Virus record (IMG/VR): IMGVR_UViG_3300042368_001013
Coordinates: 27,795 to 91,794 of that record
Strand: one strand, 5' to 3'
Source of the DNA: a virus
DNA length: 64,000 nt
The notes under the pieces are model-generated. The model was given only the letters and a program-made list of their open reading frames with translations. It was not told where the DNA came from and made no database searches. Below are positions 57,299-64,000 of this stretch, one piece after another. Within the stretch, counting starts at the first letter, position 1. Each line of letters begins with the position of its first letter. Position numbers and translations under genes: made by a program.

Positions 57299-59016
57299 TT
57301 GAATTTTTAAAAGTTAGATTTAAAAACTTTGGTTCTTTTGGAAATAATTTTTCAGAGATTGATCTAAACAACAGGAAGACTACTTTAGTTACCGGAACCA
57401 ATGGACACGGTAAATCTTTTGCCTTGTTAGATTCTTTGTGTTTTGGATTGTTTGGAAAACCATTTAGACCAATTAATATTCCTCAACTTGTTAATACAAT
57501 TAATGCAAAAAATTGTTTAGTTGAAATTGAATTTAAAAAATCTAATTCACACTATCTAATCAAAAGAGGATTGGCTCCTAAAATTTTTGAAATTCACAAA
57601 GATGGAAATCTTTTAGATCAAAATGCTAAATCTAAAGATTACCAAGAAATGTTTGAAGAACAGATTTTAGGATTTGATTATTCTGCTTTTAAGCAAGTTG
57701 TAATCCTTGGCAAATCAAACTTTATACCTTTCATGCAACTAACCCCAATGGAGCGCAGAAAGATCATAGAAGGGCTTTTGGAGCTTGATATCTTGGCCGA
57801 TATGAATGTATATGTAAAAGGTCAGTTAGGGGCTTTAAAGACATCTATTGCAGAACAAAACAGTATTTTAAAAATATTTCATGAAAAGATAAAATCTCAA
57901 AAAGAATTTATTGATCAAGTAAAAACCAGCAATACAGATGATATAAATGTTCTTACAAATCGTATTAAAGAATACCAAGATCAAATAGATAAAGATAAAG
58001 TATTACTTAAGACTGAACTTGATGAGCATAAAAAGCTTACAGATCAAATAACAAAAATTAACAAAAAGATTGATTCTCTTAAAGATGTTGCATCTATGTT
58101 GATAAAGACTGAGACTCTTCAGTCAACTATTTTAGATGAAATTAAAGCTTTAGAAGAAAATGCAACTTGTAAGTGTTGCTTACAAGTTCTGCCCATCGAT
58201 CAAAAAGAAAAGCATCTAGAAGAAAAACGTAAGAAAGTTAAAGATTGCTCAGATGCACTTAAAATTGCTGAAAAGAAAAATGCAGAACTTGATACGTTAA
58301 AAAAAGAATATGAAAAACTTATGGTCTTGTCAAGAGGGAAAGCACAAGACATTAATAGTATAAACTATAGAATTGGTAATTCTGAATCAAATATTAATGT
58401 TATTGAAAAAGATAAAAAAGACAAAGAAGCATCAAGCAATATTTCCATATTGGAAAACAGTCTTGCAGAATCAGAAAATAAAAAGAATGACACCGCTCAA
58501 AAACTTGAATCTTTTATCTCTCAACAAATTCACTATGATGTTGTTTATGATATCCTCAAGGATGGGGGGCTTAAGAGTCGCATTATCAAACATTATGTTC
58601 CCATCATCAATGGACTCGTTAACAAGTTCCTCGGAAAGCTTAATCTCTATGTTGACTTCACCATCGATGAAGAATTCAAGGAGACCATCAAATCACGATA
58701 TAGAGATGCATTCTCATATTCCTCTTTCTCTGAGGGAGAGAAACAGCGCATCGACTTGGCGATCCTGCTAACTTGGCGTGAAGTTGCCAAGATGAAGAAC
58801 AGCCTTAACTGCAATCTATTAATATTTGATGAAATTTTGGATTCATCATTGGATTCATCTGGAACAGAATCATTCTTGAAAGTCTTAAACAAAATGAAAA
58901 ATAAATGTTCTGTTTTTATCATAAGCCATAAATCAGATCAGTTGGTTGATAAATTTGATCAATCACTGCAATTTGAAAAGAAAAATAATTTTTCTAAGAT
59001 AAAAGCCCAAATATAA
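57295..59016 (+). CDS. gp46: Recombination ATPase subunit (Rad50/SbcC-like)
   Basis: G.NG.GKS, C.CC.Q hook, FSEGEKQRIDLA, DE..DSSLD. Confidence 0.97.
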   Translation: MIEFLKVRFKNFGSFGNNFSEIDLNNRKTTLVTGTNGHGKSFALLDSLCFGLFGKPFRPINIPQLVNTINAKNCLVEIEFKKSNSHYLIKRGLAPKIFEIHKDGNLLDQNAKSKDYQEMFEEQILGFDYSAFKQVVILGKSNFIPFMQLTPMERRKIIEGLLELDILADMNVYVKGQLGALKTSIAEQNSILKIFHEKIKSQKEFIDQVKTSNTDDINVLTNRIKEYQDQIDKDKVLLKTELDEHKKLTDQITKINKKIDSLKDVASMLIKTETLQSTILDEIKALEENATCKCCLQVLPIDQKEKHLEEKRKKVKDCSDALKIAEKKNAELDTLKKEYEKLMVLSRGKAQDINSINYRIGNSESNINVIEKDKKDKEASSNISILENSLAESENKKNDTAQKLESFISQQIHYDVVYDILKDGGLKSRIIKHYVPIINGLVNKFLGKLNLYVDFTIDEEFKETIKSRYRDAFSYSSFSEGEKQRIDLAILLTWREVAKMKNSLNCNLLIFDEILDSSLDSSGTESFLKVLNKMKNKCSVFIISHKSDQLVDKFDQSLQFEKKNNFSKIKAQI

Positions 59017-59026
59017 ATATTTTTAA

Positions 59027-59311
59027 ATGTTTAAAGGACAGTATAAACCAAAAAATGGCACCGGACAGCCTATACTCTATTCTAGAGGGGATGTTGTTCT
59101 GAATCAAGGTAGAGTATATGAATGCCTAGAAACCACTGTAGAAAGCCCTCTACAGAGTCCTGCGAGTTGGAAGACTACTGGTATAGATCATCCAATAACT
59201 AGCTCTAGCCCGCCTTTAAAGCCGATTGAAAATCAAACTTGGATTAGCACATCTGGAAAACAATATATCTATTTTAAAGATTCTAACGGATCTCAATGGA
59301 TTGAAACTTGA
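59027..59311 (+). CDS. Small late protein with CBM5/12-like carbohydrate-binding module
   Basis: Y..GDVV..QGRVYEC...T..SP.....W; TATAAATA upstream. Confidence 0.6.
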   Translation: MFKGQYKPKNGTGQPILYSRGDVVLNQGRVYECLETTVESPLQSPASWKTTGIDHPITSSSPPLKPIENQTWISTSGKQYIYFKDSNGSQWIET

Positions 59312-59341
59312 TTTTATTTTTATTGGAGATATAATAGAGTT

Positions 59342-59494
59342 ATGAATGAAGACAGTTTTGAAAAGTTTACTAATCGTAGGAAAAACAGACCCTCTGGTGT
59401 TAGCAAGAAACAAGAAAAGCAAAGCAAAAGAGGCAATCGCCACGCACAAAAACAACAACTGAATAATTCAATTTACCGAAAAGATTCTGAATAA
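59342..59494 (+). CDS. 50-aa basic protein (below ORF-track cutoff)
   Basis: MNEDSFEKFTNRRKNRPSGVSKKQEKQSKRGNRHAQKQQLNNSIYRKDSE; TTGATT-N16-TATAAT at 59308-59335. Confidence 0.6.
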   Translation: MNEDSFEKFTNRRKNRPSGVSKKQEKQSKRGNRHAQKQQLNNSIYRKDSE

Positions 59495-59512
59495 CTGTAA
59501 AGGATTTATATA

Positions 59513-60184
59513 ATGGAAACTGTGACTAAAATGAGACTATCAAAAGAAACTATTACTACGCTTAAGAATTTTGCAGCCATAAACTCCAATATTCTTATTA
59601 AACCCGGAACAAAAATCTCAACTGTATCGCCTCAATTCAACATTTATGCTGAGGCTACTATCCAAGAGGAATTCGAAACCGAAGTGCCAATTTGGGACTT
59701 GAATCAGTTTCTGGGAGTTATTAGCATGTTTGCTAACCCAGATCTTGAATTTAATGAAAAGTATGTTGACATTTCAAATGGAATGTCTTCTATTCGTTAT
59801 CATTATTCTGATGCAAGTTTGCTTGACGTTCCAAAGAAAGAACCAAAACTTCCTTCTGACACTTTTTCTTTTGATCTTGATGAATCATCTCTGAATGAAA
59901 TGATTAAAGCTGCAAATATTTTGCAAGTTAATGATTTGGAGATTAAGGGTGAAAATGGCAAGTTGGGTATTTTTATTCATGATAATAAAAATGATACCTC
60001 CAACAATTTTTCAATCGTGATTGATGAAAACTACAATGGACCGGACTATATGGGTAAAATTAAGGTATCCGATCTTAAACTTTATCCTGGTTCATATAAA
60101 GTGTATTTGACAAAAACTATTATTACCAAGTTTGTTCACGAATCGGGTAATTTGTTTTACATCATCGCAACAGAAAGAGAATAA
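59513..60184 (+). CDS. gp45: Sliding clamp
   Basis: LSKET...LKNFA.IN.NI.IKPG, I.DLNQFL, PG.Y.V. Confidence 0.95.
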   Translation: METVTKMRLSKETITTLKNFAAINSNILIKPGTKISTVSPQFNIYAEATIQEEFETEVPIWDLNQFLGVISMFANPDLEFNEKYVDISNGMSSIRYHYSDASLLDVPKKEPKLPSDTFSFDLDESSLNEMIKAANILQVNDLEIKGENGKLGIFIHDNKNDTSNNFSIVIDENYNGPDYMGKIKVSDLKLYPGSYKVYLTKTIITKFVHESGNLFYIIATERE

Positions 60185-60186
60185 TC

Positions 60187-61125
60187 TTGTCTGCAAATAA
60201 TTTGATTTGGGTTGAAAAATATCGACCCAAAAAACTGTCTGATTGTATATTGCCAACAGATTTGGGAATCATCTTTAATGGTATGCATAAAGATGGCAAA
60301 ATTCCAAACATGTTGTTTTACGGTAAAGCCGGAACAGGAAAAACATCAGTAGCCAAAGCTCTTGCGAATGATATTGGTATGGATTCAATCCTTATCAATT
60401 GTTCGGAAGACAAAGGCATTGATACTCTTCGTGTAAAAATTCGACAATACGCATCTACAATATCTTTGAGTGGGAAAGGCAAACTCATTATTTTGGATGA
60501 GTTTGATTATGCCACTACAGCTATTCAAACTGGTCTACGTGGTGCAATTGAAGAATTTGCTAATAATTGTCGATTTATTATTACCTGCAATTATAAAAGC
60601 AGAGTAATTGACCCACTACATTCTCGTTGTACTGGTATTGATTTTACTGTACCTTCTCCAGAAAAAGCAGCAATTGCTTCTCAGATTCTTGCAAGAATTG
60701 AAACCATTCTAAAGAACGAAAAGGTTCCTTATGATGTTCCGGTTCTTGTTAATCTGATCAAAAGACACTTCCCAGACATACGAAGAATTATTAATGAGCT
60801 ACAAAAGTATTCTTCATCTGGTAAAATCGATGTGGGTATTCTATCCCAAGGTAGCTGTGATTCTTATAAAGAACTATTGGGATACATGAAGAGTAAAGAT
60901 TTTGGTTCTTGCCGTAAGTGGGTGATGAATAATATCGATCTCAATACTGCTGAATTTTATAAAAAGCTTTATAACGAATTGTACAATGTTCTTAAACCCA
61001 CATCAATGCCTCAAGCTATTTTGATCATTGCCGAGTATCAATACAAATCTGCATTTGCTGCAGATCAAGAAATTAATAACATGGCAATGGTAGTTCAACT
61101 TATGATGGATTGTGAGTTTGCATAA
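60187..61125 (+). CDS. gp44: Clamp loader large subunit
   Basis: WVEKYRP, G.AGTGKT, DEFD, LHSRC, FPD.RR.INELQ. Confidence 0.97.
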   Translation: MSANNLIWVEKYRPKKLSDCILPTDLGIIFNGMHKDGKIPNMLFYGKAGTGKTSVAKALANDIGMDSILINCSEDKGIDTLRVKIRQYASTISLSGKGKLIILDEFDYATTAIQTGLRGAIEEFANNCRFIITCNYKSRVIDPLHSRCTGIDFTVPSPEKAAIASQILARIETILKNEKVPYDVPVLVNLIKRHFPDIRRIINELQKYSSSGKIDVGILSQGSCDSYKELLGYMKSKDFGSCRKWVMNNIDLNTAEFYKKLYNELYNVLKPTSMPQAILIIAEYQYKSAFAADQEINNMAMVVQLMMDCEFA

Positions 61126-61514
61126 TGAAACTTGGTGATTTTTTAAACAGCATCAATTACAATAAAAATCCTTTATTGGATAAAGACGAAAAAGATACAA
61201 ATTTATATAATCCATATCTTGTAAATCGCTGTCTATCCTTTTTTACGGACACAATATTTCATGCCAATGAAATGAATTGTAACTGGGAAATGGATAAAAA
61301 GATGCAATTTGATTATCATAGGTTTTCAATTAGAAAGAAAAAACGATTTAGCCCGTGGACCAAAAAAGAAGAAAATAACGATATTGAACTTATAAAACTG
61401 GCATACGGATATACCGATGCAAAAGCCCAAGAAGTTCTAAATATACTTGTACCCGGTGATTTGGACAAGATTAGATTGTTCATAGAAAAGGGTGGAATTA
61501 ATAATAAAGGGTGA
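61125..61514 (+). CDS. gp62: Clamp loader small subunit
   Basis: DFLNSIN..K, Y.PY..NR.LS, ANEMN, RK.KRFS.W, KGG. Confidence 0.95.
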   Translation: MKLGDFLNSINYNKNPLLDKDEKDTNLYNPYLVNRCLSFFTDTIFHANEMNCNWEMDKKMQFDYHRFSIRKKKRFSPWTKKEENNDIELIKLAYGYTDAKAQEVLNILVPGDLDKIRLFIEKGGINNKG

Positions 61515-61520
61515 TGTTTT

Positions 61521-61946
61521 ATGTCAGTTATTTCAGATAAAATTTTTAAGAATGTCGGTGTTCATATTAAGTTAATGGACCCAGAAGATTTTATGGTTGT
61601 GCGCGAAACATTATCGCGCATTGGCGTTTCGCCAAAAGGCAAAAATATTTTATATCAATCTTGTCATTTAATTCATAAAAATGAAGTATACATTATTGCT
61701 CATTTTAAAGAATTATTTGCTTTGGATGGTTTGCCATCAAACACATCAGAAGATGATATTAAAAGAAGAAATGCTATTGTACAACTTTTAAAGGACTGGG
61801 AACTTATTGAAGTTGTAGATGAAGAAAAAATACAAAATAAAATGCCAATTAATGGCATTAAAATTATTAAATATGATGAAAAAGATGACTGGGATTTAAT
61901 TCCTAAATTTAATCCAGGTACTCTTCGTAAATTTTTTAACTCATAA
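61521..61946 (+). CDS. regA: Translational repressor RegA
   Basis: DF..VRETL.RIGV, LYQSCH..HK, HFKELFALDG, RRN.I..LL.DW.L. Confidence 0.96.
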   Translation: MSVISDKIFKNVGVHIKLMDPEDFMVVRETLSRIGVSPKGKNILYQSCHLIHKNEVYIIAHFKELFALDGLPSNTSEDDIKRRNAIVQLLKDWELIEVVDEEKIQNKMPINGIKIIKYDEKDDWDLIPKFNPGTLRKFFNS

Positions 61947-61948
61947 GG

Positions 61949-63196
61949 ATGAATATGCACAAGTTAACGTTATCTATGATTGTAAAGAACGAAGCACCAA
62001 ACATTGAAAGGTGCTTAGAATCTGTAGCCCCGTATATCGATTATTATATTATTTGTGATACTGGATCAACTGACAATACCAAAGAAATCATTAAAACTTT
62101 TTTTGATAAAAAAGGAATTCCCGGAGAAATATTAGATCATGAGTGGAAGCATTTTGGTCATAATAGATCGTTGGCATTAGAAGCTTGCATGGGCAAAACC
62201 AAGTGGGCTTTGATGATTGATGCTGACGATAATCTTGCTGGAAAATTTCCAGTAGACAAACTGGATGATGATCTAGACGGTTACATTGTAAAGATAAAAA
62301 GAGCTTCATTTGAATGGTATCGGGCTCAAGTTTTTAATATTGCTAAGACAAAATGGTGGTATGAAGAGCCTCTGCATGAATATGCAGTTTGTCGTCAGCC
62401 AATGAATATTCATAAACTTGAAGGTGACTATTACTGGGAAGTTAGAACAGAAGGTTGCCGTTCAAGAGAAACAAATGGAGATGATAGAGAAAAGTATAGA
62501 AGAGATTATAATTTTCTAAAGAAATATCTAGAAGAACATCCTGATAATATGCGCACACAGTTTTATCTGGCCCAATCTGCTTTTGATGCACATATGTTCG
62601 AAGAAGCAGAAAAAGAATATCTAAAGAGAACCACTATGGGTGGTTGGGTTGAAGAAGTGTTTTATTCTTGGATGCGAGTTGGAATTTGTAGAGAAATATT
62701 AGACAGACCACTTGAACAAGTTATAGATGCATTTTTAATGGCGCATGAAACTCTTCCTGTGAGAGCTGAGCCATTTTGGCAAATGTCTTGCATTTACAGA
62801 AAGCATAATAGACCAAAAAATGCGTTTATAATGGCGAATCATGCATTAACCATTCCATTGCCAGACAATAATATTCTTTTCGTAGACACTAACGTTTATA
62901 CTTGGGGAGCATTAGATGAAATTGCAACAACTGCAGCACATGTTGGTAAATACCATATGGGTCTTGCTGCATGTGACAAATTGCTTTCAGAAAAATATCT
63001 ACCTCAATCAGAAAGAGAAAGAATTTTGAATAACCGAAAGCTTTATCATGATACTGTTGTAAAATTTAATGAACAATTGCTCAAACAACAAGAAGAAATT
63101 GTAAAAAAGCAAGAAGAAACAATTAAACAAGTAAATGAATATGCTGTAAAAACTACTTTAAATATTGATTTGTCAAAGCCCTTAGTAAAGCTTTAA
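61949..63196 (+). CDS. GT2 glycosyltransferase with C-terminal TPR repeats (protein/peptide-GT architecture)
   Basis: LSMIVKNE..NI.RCLESV, DTGSTD.T, F..NR..AL, IDADD, LHE; FYLAQS TPR helices. Confidence 0.9.
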   Translation: MNMHKLTLSMIVKNEAPNIERCLESVAPYIDYYIICDTGSTDNTKEIIKTFFDKKGIPGEILDHEWKHFGHNRSLALEACMGKTKWALMIDADDNLAGKFPVDKLDDDLDGYIVKIKRASFEWYRAQVFNIAKTKWWYEEPLHEYAVCRQPMNIHKLEGDYYWEVRTEGCRSRETNGDDREKYRRDYNFLKKYLEEHPDNMRTQFYLAQSAFDAHMFEEAEKEYLKRTTMGGWVEEVFYSWMRVGICREILDRPLEQVIDAFLMAHETLPVRAEPFWQMSCIYRKHNRPKNAFIMANHALTIPLPDNNILFVDTNVYTWGALDEIATTAAHVGKYHMGLAACDKLLSEKYLPQSERERILNNRKLYHDTVVKFNEQLLKQQEEIVKKQEETIKQVNEYAVKTTLNIDLSKPLVKL

Positions 63197-63213
63197 ATAA
63201 TCTCTAAATATTT

Positions 63214-63246
63214 AATAATGACCTAGAATATAGGTCATTATTTTTT
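63214..63246 (+). other. Perfect 12-bp hairpin followed by a T-run (terminator or 5' leader structure)
   Basis: AATAATGACCTA-GAATA-TAGGTCATTATT. Confidence 0.6.
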
Positions 63247-63255
63247 GGAGAATCA

Positions 63256-63657
63256 ATGGCTCAAAACAATGACATTATTGTAGTAAAGGGAGACACTGCT
63301 CGTTGGTCTGGATTTTTTACAGGTCTGACGAGCGGTTCTACATTTGATTTTGGTGGAACCACCCTATATATGCAAGTTAGAACTGGTTATTATAATGAGC
63401 CTCTTGTGGTAGGATATACACAATATATTGAGACAAATGCCACTTTAGCTTTTCCAAAAGGTATTACTGGTGGAATTTCTGCAGCAGCAGCAGGTGGAAC
63501 TGTTAATTTTTGTATTGGGTCTTCTTTTGCAAATAATTTAACTGCAGATAGAATGTGTAAATATGATGTAAAAGTTTACCATTCTTCTATTCAAGACTTA
63601 CAAACAATTTTACGTGGAAACATACAAGTATTGTCTAACGTATCACAAATAACATAA
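63256..63657 (+). CDS. Putative virion protein (BppU-N-like beta domain)
   Basis: DI.V.KGDT, FDF.G.T..MQVR, YDV, ILRG.I.V..NVS; GGAG RBS. Confidence 0.6.
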   Translation: MAQNNDIIVVKGDTARWSGFFTGLTSGSTFDFGGTTLYMQVRTGYYNEPLVVGYTQYIETNATLAFPKGITGGISAAAAGGTVNFCIGSSFANNLTADRMCKYDVKVYHSSIQDLQTILRGNIQVLSNVSQIT

Positions 63658-64000
63658 TGTTCTTTGGAAAGAACAAAACATCTTTAAAATTGACCAAACA
63701 GCATCCAGAAATGCTGAGTGGGGATGAATTTTTTATTGTTGAATCTGTAATTTCTCCAAAAATAATAAAAGTTGGTTCTGGATTAACTCAATTATTTTTA
63801 AGAAATTTAGATGGCGAAGAATATTTAATTGAAGGTAATGCTAGTAAAATAAGAGCTCTTTTTACTCCTTCACAAACTTATGATTCTGTAGATGGAAAAA
63901 TTTACAAAGTCAAAAGACCAGCTGCTTCATTTTTGCAGAATGAATATTTAAAGGAAGTTGCGCCCTGCCAATATGATGAAAAAATTCAATTGGGACATGG
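63657..64000 (+). CDS. Partial ORF (runs off window edge), hypothetical
   Basis: TAATG coupling; open frame MFFGKNKTSLKLTKQHPEML... Confidence 0.6.
   Translation, partial: MFFGKNKTSLKLTKQHPEMLSGDEFFIVESVISPKIIKVGSGLTQLFLRNLDGEEYLIEGNASKIRALFTPSQTYDSVDGKIYKVKRPAASFLQNEYLKEVAPCQYDEKIQLGH

Noticed and set aside
61521-63196. Absence of DNA polymerase gp43 after regA as a gene loss
   Set aside because: The window covers only part of the genome; relocation is more likely and cannot be judged here.
1-64000. Alternative genetic code (TGA or TAG reassignment)
   Set aside because: Core genes are intact in the standard code, and TGA is a genuine stop for gp33, gp32, gp47 and others.
1-64000. tRNA, rRNA, CRISPR arrays, introns, inteins, homing endonucleases
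   Set aside because: Intergenic gaps are too short or lack the patterns; gp17, gp20, gp23, uvsW and gp46 are uninterrupted and of normal length. Checked by eye only.

Overview
AT-rich 64-kb segment of a large T4-like (T4-superfamily) myovirus genome, with gene order resembling aquatic cyanophage-type T4-likes. It holds most of the T4 morphogenesis core (gp26/51, 54, 4, 48, 53, 27-like, 25, 6, 7-like, 13-23, 3) and replication/transcription genes (gp33, 32, uvsW, uvsY, 55, 47, 46, 45, 44, 62, regA). There is a 15-gene glycosylation island (fucosyl/colitosyl-type transferases, Gmd-ColD-Fcl, split transketolase) plus a separate GT2-TPR glycosyltransferase, and a left accessory arm (paralogous leader-bearing proteins, a ~70-Cys giant protein, lysozyme, GMP reductase, deaminase). 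Main hypotheses: (1) virion-wide protein glycosylation, because G-x-T/T-G motifs (G-x-C-G in the capsid protein) are grafted into structural proteins; (2) a reduced tail module (short sheath, gp6 and gp7; no gp5/gp8 in the locus; a 189-aa ORF in the tape-measure slot) alongside capsid-targeting-leader proteins that include the lysozyme; (3) a -1 frameshift joining gp26 to a start-less gp51; (4) leaderless late genes and early promoters with a uniform 16-bp spacer. All assignments are from motif recognition and synteny by eye; no database searches were run.
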